Source of the DNA: Candidatus Latescibacterota bacterium
GTDB lineage: Bacteria > Latescibacterota > UBA2968 > UBA8231
Direction: 5' to 3'
Length of the DNA stretch: 64,000 nucleotides
Assembly: GCA_965217585.1 (NCBI GenBank)
Contig: OZ244561.1
Span: 6,560,001-6,624,000 of the forward strand
Shown one piece after another: positions 18,515 to 28,556 of the stretch (its first letter is position 1; the number at the start of each line of letters is the position of its first letter). Both the position numbers and the translations under genes were made by a program. The notes beneath the pieces are model-generated. The model was not told the DNA's origin. It did no database searches and saw only the letters and a program-made list of their open reading frames with translations.

Positions 18515-20202
18515 GGCCCCAGCCGCGGCACCGGCCCAAACCCCTCGGCGACAAGGCCTGCGCCGCGCCGGATGGTGAGCAGCCGGTTGCCCGCCACCCC
18601 GTCGATGCGCTCTTCCACCCCATCGGGCCAGCGCACCACGAGGTAATCGGCCGCGGTCGCCTCCCCCAAGCCGAAGTGCAGCCGCAGATCGTCCTGCGAC
18701 AGATACCCTGTGCCCGCGCGCACTTCCCGCATCTGCACCGCGCCGCCCACCGCGACAGTAACTCGTGCGCCAATGGCGTCTGTATTGCCCCCGGCGGCGA
18801 GCAGCCTCACCATCAGATAGTTGTGGCGATTGCCTCCGTCGTTGCGCAGCAAGGTCGGCGTGTCGTCGATGTTGACGACCGCAATGTCCAAGTCGCCGTC
18901 GTTGTCCAAATCCCCGAAGGCCGCGCCGCGACTCGACTTTTCCACCGCTAGGCCCGGGCCCGCGGCTGCGCCGACCTCGACAAATGCGCCGCCGCGATTC
19001 TCAAACAGGTGGTTGCGCTGGGCGTAGCGGGTGCCTAAGTCGCGGTGGTCAACGGCTGGGTACACGTGGCCGTTGGCGACGAACAGGTCGTCGTCGCCAT
19101 CGTTGTCGTAATCGCAAAAACCCGTTCCCCACCCCAAGGAGCTAATGCTCGCGCGGCCTAGGGTCGAACTGAAGCTGGCGTCGGTGAAAAATCCCCGGCC
19201 ATTATTATCGTAGAGCGCGTTGTTGTCGTGAGAGAAGTTGGTGACGAACAGGTCGAAATCGCCATCGCGGTCGTAGTCGCCGCCCGCCAAGCCCATGCCG
19301 CCCTGTTCGCGGCCGTCCTCGCTGTACGCAGTCGCCGATAGGAGCGCTACGTCCGCAAACGCACCCCGGTCGTTGCGGTAGAGCACATTCGGCGTCGAAT
19401 CATTGGCAATGTAAATGTCCAAGTCGCCGTCCTCGTCCCAGTCGCCAGCCAGCGTGGCAAAACCATAGTACTCGTAATCGGCAATGCCAACCGCCGCGCT
19501 GGCCTCGGCAAAGGCCCAATCCGCGCTGGGGCCGTCGTTGCGGTAAAACAGATCCCGCTCGCCCGGCATCCCACGCGGGCCGCAGAATACGTCCAGGCCT
19601 CGCCAAGTGCAATAGCTCGGATCGGCCGGGCGAAACGCCGGGTCAAAGTCGATGTAATTGGCCAAGTAAAAGTCCAAATCGCCATCTAGGTCGTAGTCGC
19701 CAAAGGCCGCAGACGAGCTCCAGCCGCCAAAATCCACGCCCCGCTCGGCGGCCACATCGACAAAAGTGCCGTCGCCGTCGTTTTCGTACAGGGCATTGGG
19801 GCCGTAGTTGGCCAAGTACAGATCGGGCCATCCATCGGCGTTGTAGTCGGCCGCCGCAGCTCCCATGCCCCAGCCCACGTGGGCGACGCCGGCCTCTCGG
19901 CCAACGCCTGTAAAGCGCCAAGCGCCGTCGTTGCGGTACAGCTCGGCGCGGGGTTCGCGGCCCGGGGCGTACCCGGCGAGGCGCGCGCCGTTGACGATGA
20001 AAATGTCCACATCCCCGTCTAGGTCGTAGTCTAAAAGGGCCGTCCCGCCCGTGTTGCATTCGACGATGTGCTCTTTTTGCGGTGTCCCGGATACCGTGCG
20101 TAATTGGACCCCCGCTTCGGTGGCCACATCGACGAAAAGGGGCCGGGCCTCCTCGCTCCCGCACCCTGCCAACGCCCAAATCGCGGCTAGTACAAACCGC
20201 AT
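18511..20202 (-). CDS. CRTAC1-family FG-GAP repeat / ASPIC-UnbV protein
   Basis: Repeated DYDxDGDxD motifs, NxLYxNxG, C-terminal GYLSQDDLRLHFGLG...VRWPDG; lipobox LAGC. Confidence 0.9.
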   Translation of the reverse strand: MRFVLAAIWALAGCGSEEARPLFVDVATEAGVQLRTVSGTPQKEHIVECNTGGTALLDYDLDGDVDIFIVNGARLAGYAPGREPRAELYRNDGAWRFTGVGREAGVAHVGWGMGAAAADYNADGWPDLYLANYGPNALYENDGDGTFVDVAAERGVDFGGWSSSAAFGDYDLDGDLDFYLANYIDFDPAFRPADPSYCTWRGLDVFCGPRGMPGERDLFYRNDGPSADWAFAEASAAVGIADYEYYGFATLAGDWDEDGDLDIYIANDSTPNVLYRNDRGAFADVALLSATAYSEDGREQGGMGLAGGDYDRDGDFDLFVTNFSHDNNALYDNNGRGFFTDASFSSTLGRASISSLGWGTGFCDYDNDGDDDLFVANGHVYPAVDHRDLGTRYAQRNHLFENRGGAFVEVGAAAGPGLAVEKSSRGAAFGDLDNDGDLDIAVVNIDDTPTLLRNDGGNRHNYLMVRLLAAGGNTDAIGARVTVAVGGAVQMREVRAGTGYLSQDDLRLHFGLGEATAADYLVVRWPDGVEERIDGVAGNRLLTIRRGAGLVAEGFGPVPRLGP

Positions 20203-21447
20203 TTACTGTTGCGCCCTCAACGCGGCGGCCTCGGCGCGGGTCGCGCGACCCTCTGCCACGCGCCCCTGCTGGATCAGCGCGGTGCCCAAGCCCTCGAGGG
20301 CCGAGACCATGCCCCCGTCGAGGGCCAAGGCGCGGCGAAACGCGGCGGCGGCCTCTTCGTACTCGCCGAGGGCCAAGCTGTTGTTGCCTATGTTCTCAAA
20401 GGCTAAGGCGTAGTCGGGCTTGTGGCGCACCGCGCGCAGTAAAAAGGGCCGGGCGACCGCGTGTTGCTCTTGTAGCGAATAGATCACCCCGATGTTGTGG
20501 CTGGCCTCCGCGTACGTGGAATCGAGGGCTAAAGCCGCCTCGAACTGCTCTAGCGCAGCCGCCAACTCTCTTCTGCGCAAATAGACCAATCCCAAGTTGA
20601 AATGCGTGGCCGCCTGCTTGTCGGTCGCCAGCGGCACGGCCTGGCGATAGAGCAAGCGGCGGTAGTGATCCTCGTCCATCGTCGAGCTGCTCAACTGCTG
20701 GAAAAGCTCAATCATCCGCGACCCCTCGGCGACGCGCTCCATGCGCGCATAGAGCGTGCCCAAGCTATAATAGGCCGAGGTGTAACCCGGGTCTGCGGCA
20801 ATGGTCTGCTCCATGGCCGCCATGGCCTGCGGATCGTCCTGCAAGCGCAAGTACACCAGCGCCAAGTAGTAGTGGGCGTGAGCCAAGCCGGGGTCGAGTT
20901 CAATTGCCTTCAGCAGCGCGGTCTTGGCGTTTTCATTGTCGCCGCGTGAACACAGCACAAAGCCCAACACAAAGTGCCCATAGCCGCTCTCTGCTGCCAG
21001 TTGCAGCCCTTCTTCGGCCGTTGCAAGCGCCTTTTCATACCCGTCGCCGCGCTCGTTGTACAGCAGCGCCAAGGCCCAGTACACCTCGGCAAAGACCGGT
21101 GCCTTTTCGAGTGCGCGTTTAAAGGCAGCTATGGCCTCGCTTTTGCGGTGCTCTTTGGCGAGGGCAACCCCGAGATAGTAGTGGGCGTCCGCGTCGTCGG
21201 GTGCGACCGCAACCAGTTCGGACAGCACGGCGGCGGCACGGCGCGTGCGGTCCTTTTTCAGGTAGAGCCACCCCAAGGCCCAGAGCACCTCTGGATCTGC
21301 GGGGTTTTGCTCGTAGGCGCGCTGGTAGAACGCGAGGGGCTGGGGCGTGGCAGGCTTTTTGAGGACGTGGCGCTCTGGGGAGCCACAGCCGATCCCTCCG
21401 AGGAGGCCGACTAGCCCTATCCACGCCATGGCAAGGCGCATGTCCAT
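20203..21447 (-). CDS. TPR-repeat lipoprotein
   Basis: Multiple TPR units (AHYYLGVAL, AYYSLGTLY, HFNLGLVY); lipobox-like GIGC. Confidence 0.85.
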   Translation of the reverse strand: MDMRLAMAWIGLVGLLGGIGCGSPERHVLKKPATPQPLAFYQRAYEQNPADPEVLWALGWLYLKKDRTRRAAAVLSELVAVAPDDADAHYYLGVALAKEHRKSEAIAAFKRALEKAPVFAEVYWALALLYNERGDGYEKALATAEEGLQLAAESGYGHFVLGFVLCSRGDNENAKTALLKAIELDPGLAHAHYYLALVYLRLQDDPQAMAAMEQTIAADPGYTSAYYSLGTLYARMERVAEGSRMIELFQQLSSSTMDEDHYRRLLYRQAVPLATDKQAATHFNLGLVYLRRRELAAALEQFEAALALDSTYAEASHNIGVIYSLQEQHAVARPFLLRAVRHKPDYALAFENIGNNSLALGEYEEAAAAFRRALALDGGMVSALEGLGTALIQQGRVAEGRATRAEAAALRAQQ

Positions 21448-21552
21448 AAAACGATGCAGAGGCGATAGATAAAGAGAGATGAAGTCGCCTCCACCTCTCT
21501 TTATTTAAACTACGCCCAAGGTGCGAACTAGCGAAAGACGCTAGGGTGCGCT

Positions 21553-22452
21553 TTATTGGGCCATATAGCCTTTGATCCGACCCCAGCTATCGGCATCGAC
21601 AGCCGTCTCGCCGCCGCTAGTGCCGCCCGTAGCGCCTTCGGTCTCCACCGTGATGAAGTCCGAGCCGTTCGAGTTATCCTGGAAGGGGCCGTTGACCGGC
21701 GTAGTGCCCGGCTGCTTCTCGCGGCCCATCTCGGGATTCTCGGTCTCGTCAAACCGGAAAGTCAGACCGATGATCTGGTCGGGGGCAAAGTTGTGGCGGG
21801 CGCTGCCGTTGGGACCCGTCTTGTCGTGGAAGGTCCACACGGCCTGCTTGACCTCGTAAGTATAGGTCACTGAACTACCAGCGGGCTGCTCCAGCGGACG
21901 AGCGTCCGGCGGATCGAGGGTCCACTCATAGACGAACCAAGGACGCTCGGTGGACCACAGGATACTCTCCTGCGGCACGTTGAAGATCCAAGTGTCCTTC
22001 TGACCAGCGGCGGGCAGGACGCGGATGCCGTACTGCTGGCCGGAGGTCATTTCGGTCTCGACGAAGTTCTCGCTCGAGTGGTCGGCATCGACGATGATTT
22101 CCAGTGAGTCGTCCTTCCAATACTCCTCGGGGTTCTCGACGAAGAGGCCCAGCGAGTCATCGGTAACCCGAGAAAAGTAGTAGAGCGAATTGTCCGGTGC
22201 CGAGCTCCAAGCCACGTAGAGAATGCAGTCCCAGTCGTCTTTGGCCGGGGGCCACTCGCTGCCGAGGATCTCGTACATGGTGTCCGGGTTGATGGCAAAA
22301 GCCAGATCGATCCAGCCCCAGTCGTCGTCGTTGCCATCGATGACCATATTGTCGGGGTTGGGAATCTGCGGCATGAAATAGTTAGCCTGATGCGCGAAAG
22401 CCGCCGAAGCAGCTATCACCGCGACCAAGGCGAGAAAACAAAGTCTCTTCAT
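21553..22452 (-). CDS. Secreted CBM9/DOMON-like protein with C-terminal AVDADSWGRIK tail
   Basis: Signal peptide AAFA; IDGNDDDW, VTDD, DSLEIIVDADHS, YTYE, IGLTFRFDE. Confidence 0.6.
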   Translation of the reverse strand: MKRLCFLALVAVIAASAAFAHQANYFMPQIPNPDNMVIDGNDDDWGWIDLAFAINPDTMYEILGSEWPPAKDDWDCILYVAWSSAPDNSLYYFSRVTDDSLGLFVENPEEYWKDDSLEIIVDADHSSENFVETEMTSGQQYGIRVLPAAGQKDTWIFNVPQESILWSTERPWFVYEWTLDPPDARPLEQPAGSSVTYTYEVKQAVWTFHDKTGPNGSARHNFAPDQIIGLTFRFDETENPEMGREKQPGTTPVNGPFQDNSNGSDFITVETEGATGGTSGGETAVDADSWGRIKGYMAQ

Positions 22453-22605
22453 TAGTAACGACCTCCAAAATAGGATGGAATGGAGACGAAAGCGCCGATT
22501 TATAGGCTATTTGCATACCTGTCAAGGAATTTTATTAGTTAGTAGTTATATTTATTAGCTTACGTTGCCCCCGGCTGCTGCATTGACAATCCCGCGTTTT
22601 TTTAC

Positions 22606-24351
22606 TTGGCCCTTTCGCCTCGCACCCTCAACGGGTTTTCCTTGCGCGATCTATCTACAACCATCGCCGTCCTCGCCCTGATCTTGGTCGGCTGGTACGC
22701 TCTTAACCAATGGGGCTTATCCGTCTATCCAGACGACCCGTCCGCCGGCGGCGAGTACACCGTCATCCGCTGGGCCTCCGACCCCAATCCGGCGCGCACC
22801 GAACAAATGGCCCTCTTCAACCGGCTCTATGAAGACAAGAAAGTGCGCGTCGTCCTCGACCCAAGCGCGGACGTGCAAAAGATCCTCACCCAGGCCGCGG
22901 CCGGCTCCGGGCCAGACGTCTTCGACATCTACAGCTATGCGACCTTCGCGCTCTACGCCTCCAAAGGCGTCATGGTCGAGTTGAACGACTACATGCGCGA
23001 GGCCAAGCTGAGCCTCGACGATTTCTGGCTGCATCGGCGCAACGCCCTCGCCGTGCCAGTGGCCGGCGCGCCGGTCGAGGCCGACGAATACGAACGCTTC
23101 CGCATCTACGCCGTCCCCAACAATGTCTCCACCAGCGTCACCTTTCTCAACCGCTCGCTCTACGACGCGGTCGCACGCGAGCGCCAAGTGCAGACCTTGG
23201 CCATGCCGCCCTTGCCGTGGAACCACTGGACTTGGTGGGACTACGTCCTCTTGTGTCAGGCCCTCACCAAAAAGAGCGCCGATGGCCGGCGCTATGAGAC
23301 CTTTGGCTCGGGCGGGCCGGGCTTTGGCGGGGGGCTGAACAACTTCATCTACCAAGCCGGCGGCAGCCTCCTCAACGACGACGGCACTGAGATTGCCCTC
23401 GATTCCCCAGCCGGCGCCGCGGCCGCTCAATATCTGTACGATCTCGTCAACACCTTCCACGTCGTGCCCTCGGCCGAAGACCAGTCCGCGCAAACAGGTG
23501 GGGGTGGTTGGGGCGGGCAATCCATACTGGGGCTGTACGCGGCGGGCAAGCTGGGCACCATTCTCATCGGCCGCTGGGGGCTGATCAAGGTGCGCCGCGA
23601 AGCCCGCTTTACCACCGAGATTTACCCCATGCCCCGCTACGTGCCCTACGAGGGGTGGGAACGCTGGATGAGCGACCCCGAGATGCGTGCCAACCCGAGC
23701 CTGCGCGACGGCCCTTGGGGCGAGGTCAGCGAGACTGGCCGCCATCGCGGCAAGGCCGCCGAGATGGGCGGGCGGGTGACGGCCATCCGCAAGGGCACCC
23801 AGCACGAGCGGGAGGCTTTTTACTTTTTGGAATACTTGTCCAGTCCGGATTTCAACAACTTGTTGACCAAGGACGCAGATGCCTTCGGCAGTCGCAAGCA
23901 GTTCTCGGTGCGCTATTTCTCTCAGCCCGACCCCGAGTTCCCCGACGAGGACCAACACCGCTCGGCCCTGCTCGACGCCATGGAATACACGGTCGCAGAG
24001 CAGGCCACAGCCTACGGGGCCGCCTTTAACATCACTCGCTTGCAGGGCGCACTGAGCACCAACCTCATCAACGCGGCCTACCAGCCCGCCGACTCAACGG
24101 CCCGTCAGACCTACCGATTCCTCGGCCGCATGCCCGACCAGAATGCAGTGGGCAACCCCACGGTCGGCCACGCCGCGGTCGCCGAAATGTCCGCCCGCAT
24201 GCGCGAGTCCTTGGCCAAAGCCAAGCGCAATCGCACGCTCTCCAGCCGCAGCCACGCACTCGACCTCTTCGGGATCGCGGCCCTCCTGTTGGCAATCGGC
24301 GTCGGCCTGGCGTTTTACGTTCGGCGGCAACGCGAGGAGATGGACGCTTGA
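22606..24351 (+). CDS. Carbohydrate ABC transporter substrate-binding protein with N- and C-terminal TM helices
   Basis: GSGPDVF, YAVP, WTWWDY, AFYFLEYL; hydrophobic helices at both ends; start uncertain. Confidence 0.75.
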   Translation: MALSPRTLNGFSLRDLSTTIAVLALILVGWYALNQWGLSVYPDDPSAGGEYTVIRWASDPNPARTEQMALFNRLYEDKKVRVVLDPSADVQKILTQAAAGSGPDVFDIYSYATFALYASKGVMVELNDYMREAKLSLDDFWLHRRNALAVPVAGAPVEADEYERFRIYAVPNNVSTSVTFLNRSLYDAVARERQVQTLAMPPLPWNHWTWWDYVLLCQALTKKSADGRRYETFGSGGPGFGGGLNNFIYQAGGSLLNDDGTEIALDSPAGAAAAQYLYDLVNTFHVVPSAEDQSAQTGGGGWGGQSILGLYAAGKLGTILIGRWGLIKVRREARFTTEIYPMPRYVPYEGWERWMSDPEMRANPSLRDGPWGEVSETGRHRGKAAEMGGRVTAIRKGTQHEREAFYFLEYLSSPDFNNLLTKDADAFGSRKQFSVRYFSQPDPEFPDEDQHRSALLDAMEYTVAEQATAYGAAFNITRLQGALSTNLINAAYQPADSTARQTYRFLGRMPDQNAVGNPTVGHAAVAEMSARMRESLAKAKRNRTLSSRSHALDLFGIAALLLAIGVGLAFYVRRQREEMDA

Positions 24352-25505
24352 AACCCCGCGAAAAGAGAATTCTGCGCTGGGCGCTGATTTTTCTCGCGCC
24401 CAATCTGACCGGGTTTTTGATCTTTACATCCCTGCCGGTGCTGTTCTCGTTTGGCCTCGCGTTCTTTCAGTGGGACACGTTCTCCGCGCCCCGCTTCATC
24501 GGCTTCGACAACTTCATTCGGCTGCTGACCGATCCCAAGCTCTGGTTCTATCTCTACAACACGGTCTTTCTCATGGTGGGCCTGCCCCTGTCTATCGGCG
24601 GCTCGCTCCTGTTGGCCATCGTCCTCTCGCAAAAACTGCGCGGCATCATCGTCTATCGCACCGTCTTCTACCTCCCCACCGTCACCAATGGGGTTGCGCT
24701 GTTCTTGCTCTGGAAGTGGCTCTACAACCCCAAATACGGCCTCGTTAACTCAATCCTGTTACCCGTGCTCTCTTGGCCCTACTTCTCGCTTGCCGTGCGC
24801 ATCGCGATCCTCGTGCTGATAGGCTTGGTCCTGCAATCCCTCGCGCGCAAAGCCACGTCCGCGCGATCGGCCCAAATCCTGTCCGCGCTCCTTGCGGCCG
24901 CCGCACTCTACTGGGTCGCCAGCGGCCTATACGAGTACGGCGGCCCCTCGGCTTGGCTGTCGGGGCGCATGGCCCTGCTGTCCGGCCTCGACAGCATCGA
25001 CGACTTGCCCAACTGGCTTTCCAGCAGCGTCGATTTGGGCTGGCTTTCTTGGCTCGGCCTAGAGCAAGCCGCCTATTGGGCCAAGACGGCCATCATCTTC
25101 ATGGGCATCTGGGCCTCCATGGGCGGGGGCAACATGATCCTCTACCTCGCGGCCCTCGCCAATGTGCCCGAGGAGTTGTACGAAGCCTCGGACATCGACG
25201 GAGCTTCGAAGTGGCAGCAGTTTTGGCATATCACTTGGCCGATGATCGCCCCGACGACCTTCTTTATATGCGTCATGTCTATTATCGGCGGGCTGCAAGG
25301 GGGCTTTGAGATCGCCTACTTGATGACCAATGGCGGCCCGGGCAAAGACGGGGACAACACGGTCACGCTCGGCTACTACATCTACCGCTCGGCCTTTGAA
25401 AACCTAGAGTTCGGGTACGCGGCCGCCGTGGCTTGGTTCATGTTCGTCATCATATTCTCTATCACGCTGTTCAACTGGCGCTTCGGTCGGGGCGCGGTCA
25501 ACTGA
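24348..25505 (+). CDS. Carbohydrate ABC permease (MalF-type) with inserted TM segment
   Basis: FIGFDNF, RTVFYLP, EAA loop ELYEASDIDGASKWQQFWHITWP. Confidence 0.9.
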   Translation: MKPREKRILRWALIFLAPNLTGFLIFTSLPVLFSFGLAFFQWDTFSAPRFIGFDNFIRLLTDPKLWFYLYNTVFLMVGLPLSIGGSLLLAIVLSQKLRGIIVYRTVFYLPTVTNGVALFLLWKWLYNPKYGLVNSILLPVLSWPYFSLAVRIAILVLIGLVLQSLARKATSARSAQILSALLAAAALYWVASGLYEYGGPSAWLSGRMALLSGLDSIDDLPNWLSSSVDLGWLSWLGLEQAAYWAKTAIIFMGIWASMGGGNMILYLAALANVPEELYEASDIDGASKWQQFWHITWPMIAPTTFFICVMSIIGGLQGGFEIAYLMTNGGPGKDGDNTVTLGYYIYRSAFENLEFGYAAAVAWFMFVIIFSITLFNWRFGRGAVN

Positions 25506-25518
25506 GGAGGAAAGGCGC

Positions 25519-27000
25519 ATGGCCAAAGTCGCGCACACGACCGCGATCCACTCGCTGAGCCACTGGCTGCTCATCCTCTTCGGCTTCACCACGCTGGTGC
25601 CGTTCCTGTGGATGGTGCTCACCTCGCTCAAGAGCGAAAACGAGGTCTTCCAGAGCCATGTATGGCCGCAGGAGGTGCGCCTCGGCAACGAAGGCGATCT
25701 GCTGAAGACCCGCGATGGCCAACCGCTGCTCGACGCCCAAGGCGAGCCGATCCGCATCACCCTCGGCAATCCGGTGATACTCGGTGCCCCCGGCGACCCG
25801 ATCCGCGACCAGCAGGGCCGCCTGATCTACGACCCGGAGGGCCAGCCCATCCCCGGCAAAAACGTCGAAGAGCGCGGCGGCATCGCCGTGTACAAAAACC
25901 GCTGGAACCCGGTCCTCGTCGAAGGTGCTCCCCTGCTGCTGACCCAAGCCCTGCGCGACAAGTGGCAGAAGCGGCTCGTGCAGCAGCGCCAGAGCTGGCG
26001 CACGGCCGAGCAGCTAGCGCCGGCCTCGGTCGAGCTTGCCGACGGCACCCCGCTGTTGCGCACCGACGGCGAGGCTTATACCTACCGCGACATTTCTTGG
26101 GATCGCGTCGGGGACCCGGTTTTGGATGTCCACACTCAAGAGCCGATTCTCGACGCCGATGGCAACACTATTCCCTTTCGCTCGGCCTTTCCCCTGCTCA
26201 GGAGCGACGACGACCCGCTGACGGAAAAAGCCGGGGGCAATGTCCTCTACGCCCGCTTCCCCGGTGAAGACCAATTGCGCATCGCGTACGGCAGCGATGT
26301 GTTGCAGATCAGCGAGCCGCGCTTCATGTGGTCTAACTACATCCGGGTCTTGCGCGACAAGGACATCAAGTTCTCGCTCTACGGCTGGAACAGCCTCTTT
26401 GTCGCCGTCTGCGTGATGGTCGGCCAAGTGACGACCTCGGCCATGGCCGGTTTTGCCTTTGCCCGCCTCGAATGGCGCTACCGCGACGCCGTCTTCCTGC
26501 TCTACTTGGCCACCTTGATGGTCCCCGGGATCGTCACCTTGCTGCCCAACTACGTGATCCTCAAAAGCCTCGGCTGGCTCGACTCGTTCCAAGCGCTCAT
26601 CATCCCGGCCATGTTCACCGCTTTTGGCACCTTTATGATGCGCCAGTTTATGACCGGGCTGCCCAGGGGGCTCGAAGAAGCCGCTGAAATCGACGGTGCC
26701 AACCTCTGGAAGACCTTCTGGAGCATCGTCATGCCCCTGTCCAAACCGGCGTTGATCACCCTCTCGATCTTCTCCTTTATGGGCACTTGGCAGTCCTTTA
26801 CCTGGCCGCTGATCGTCACCCATTCCGAGCACATGCGAGTCTTGCCGGTAGCCCTGCGCTACTTCGATTCCTCGCAGGGGACCAACTACTCGCTATTGAT
26901 GACGGGAAGCGTTCTGATGATGCTGCCGATGATCGTGATCTTCGTCTTCGGCCAGCGGTTCTTCGTGCGCGGTATCCAACTCGGCGCACTCAAAGGTTGA
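25519..27000 (+). CDS. Carbohydrate ABC permease (MalG-type) with large repetitive extracytoplasmic insert
   Basis: PFLWMVLTSLK, WNSLFVA, AGFAFAR, LEEAAEIDGA, QRFFVRGI..GALKG. Confidence 0.9.
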   Translation: MAKVAHTTAIHSLSHWLLILFGFTTLVPFLWMVLTSLKSENEVFQSHVWPQEVRLGNEGDLLKTRDGQPLLDAQGEPIRITLGNPVILGAPGDPIRDQQGRLIYDPEGQPIPGKNVEERGGIAVYKNRWNPVLVEGAPLLLTQALRDKWQKRLVQQRQSWRTAEQLAPASVELADGTPLLRTDGEAYTYRDISWDRVGDPVLDVHTQEPILDADGNTIPFRSAFPLLRSDDDPLTEKAGGNVLYARFPGEDQLRIAYGSDVLQISEPRFMWSNYIRVLRDKDIKFSLYGWNSLFVAVCVMVGQVTTSAMAGFAFARLEWRYRDAVFLLYLATLMVPGIVTLLPNYVILKSLGWLDSFQALIIPAMFTAFGTFMMRQFMTGLPRGLEEAAEIDGANLWKTFWSIVMPLSKPALITLSIFSFMGTWQSFTWPLIVTHSEHMRVLPVALRYFDSSQGTNYSLLMTGSVLMMLPMIVIFVFGQRFFVRGIQLGALKG

Positions 27001-27003
27001 CCG
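26882..27003 (+). repeat. Direct repeat copy 1 (permease 3' end)
   Basis: 122 bp; 114/122 identical to 28557-28678. Confidence 0.95.
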
Positions 27004-27064
27004 CCCTCGCCTCATCCACCATGAGCATGGCGAACAGGGTAATTGCAGCGATCATAGGCGACAT
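27004..27064 (-). pseudogene. Truncated signal-peptide start of a third array paralog
   Basis: MSPMIAAITLFAMLMVDEAR is cut at the insert boundary; it resembles the N termini of the two neighbouring genes. Confidence 0.5.
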
Positions 27065-27092
27065 ACAAATATATTCTTCCGTTATTGAGAAG

Positions 27093-27821
27093 TTAAAAGC
27101 GTAGCGTTGCTCTGGCCGACAAGCCCCTTTGGAGATCTGGCACCAAGCCGAAAGATACGCGGGGACTAGGCCGACGAAATTTTCCGAATAGCCACTTGAA
27201 TGGATTGGGATTGCGATACCGCTTGGGGAGTAGCCGGGATAGCTCCGATGCCATTATTGGGGACCCCATAGCAACCACCAAACTGGCCTTTGCGGTCGTC
27301 CCTCCCATCTTCACGCCCAGAATCACAGACCCCAGAGCCAGACCATACCCCCCTACGTATGTCATCCAGAAGGAACTCTCCACCGGATCGGCCAAATACA
27401 CGCCAAGCGGGTATCCGACAACTAGCCCGACAAAGAAGTATCCGGCCTCCTCAGGCCACAGAACCTCCTCAGGCTCCTCTCCGATAAAAGGTTGTGCCAC
27501 TATTATGGCTAGGAATCCTGTCCCGACTGCCGTCAGCACACCTAAGCCCGCCTTTGTCGGAATCCTCGTAATCGCCCTATCGTCTAGGAAGTACGAATCC
27601 ACCGGCTCAGCCTCCACGGCCAATGAATCCACCGGCTCGGCTTGGACCGACTGAACCAGCAGTTTGAACTGGCCACTAGCGCGACCAGCATCTACCTGCG
27701 TACTGTCGCTAACCATCGCTCTTGAGGAAGGCCCTGCATTGGTCGCCGCTTCGACCGTCCCGTCGGCCTTCGCTGCCCCCATGGAGGAGAACAGGGTCAG
27801 CGCAACGATTACAAAGGGCAT
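27093..27821 (-). CDS. Hypothetical exported/membrane protein with Gly-rich helices, ending in ATLRF
   Basis: Signal peptide; YPLGVYLADP; C terminus RVSFGLVPDLQRGLSARATLRF. Confidence 0.7.
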   Translation of the reverse strand: MPFVIVALTLFSSMGAAKADGTVEAATNAGPSSRAMVSDSTQVDAGRASGQFKLLVQSVQAEPVDSLAVEAEPVDSYFLDDRAITRIPTKAGLGVLTAVGTGFLAIIVAQPFIGEEPEEVLWPEEAGYFFVGLVVGYPLGVYLADPVESSFWMTYVGGYGLALGSVILGVKMGGTTAKASLVVAMGSPIMASELSRLLPKRYRNPNPFKWLFGKFRRPSPRVSFGLVPDLQRGLSARATLRF

Positions 27822-27846
27822 AGTGGGGCCTTCTCTCGTGAAATGG

Positions 27847-28486
27847 TCAAAAGCGGAGTTGGGTAACAGCGGAGAGTCCGCCGTTGAGGGTAGGGGCTAA
27901 ACCAAAGGAGACGCGGCGATCTTGAGGAGGCTTGCGCGATTTCTCTGACGCATGGAGTGAAATAATAGGGCCGAATAAGGCCACCATTCCTCCTATAGCC
28001 GGGCTCCCCCCGACTTCTACCAAGGCATAGCCAGCCAATCCAGGCATAAGACCGCCCATGAGTGTCGCGACGAAAGAATCGTGAGGATCAACTAAGGTCA
28101 CACCAATCGGGAATCCGACCATACTGCCGACAAGAAGGCCTTGAACAAAAAAGACTATCCCTTCCAAGCCGTCACTGGGAGTATATGGATCTGGATCCTC
28201 CCATCTTGCGGCCTGAACACCCGTGCCTATGATTCCCATAATAAAAAGGGGATTTTCTACCCTTACGATGTATCCCCATCAGGTCATAGGTGGAAGAAAG
28301 AGAATCAAAATCGGCGATTCCGGTAACCAACGTCCCTTCGTCAACAGCCTCTAACAGAGCCGAAACCACCGCCTTGTGCCCTCCACGGATGGAGATCGTG
28401 ATTTCTGCTGGCTCGGTTTCCGCATACGCATCGCCCATCAGCAGTACGGCGAACAACGCAATGACGACCATTCTATACGTTATCAT
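27847..28486 (-). pseudogene. Paralog of 27093-27821 split into two frames
   Basis: N part (MITYRMVVIALF..., GGAGG RBS) is out of frame with the C part (FPIGVTLVDP...RVSFGLAPTLNGGLSAVTQLRF). Confidence 0.6.
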
Positions 28487-28556
28487 TGTTGTGCCCTCCA
28501 TCGGTGAAGTCCTCCACCGTGTCTGCCACGCTCCCCACAAGGCTCCTCCACCGCGC

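Larger units (their letters stand above)
27004..28556. mobile_element. Cargo insert between duplicated permease 3' ends
   Basis: 1553 bp between the repeats; lower GC; paralogous and truncated genes; no integrase. Confidence 0.7.

Noticed and set aside
22717-23958. Long antisense or alternate-frame ORFs (also 30412-31524, 34475-35593, 51910-53160)
   Set aside because: Shadow frames of well-supported genes in GC-rich DNA, with no motifs
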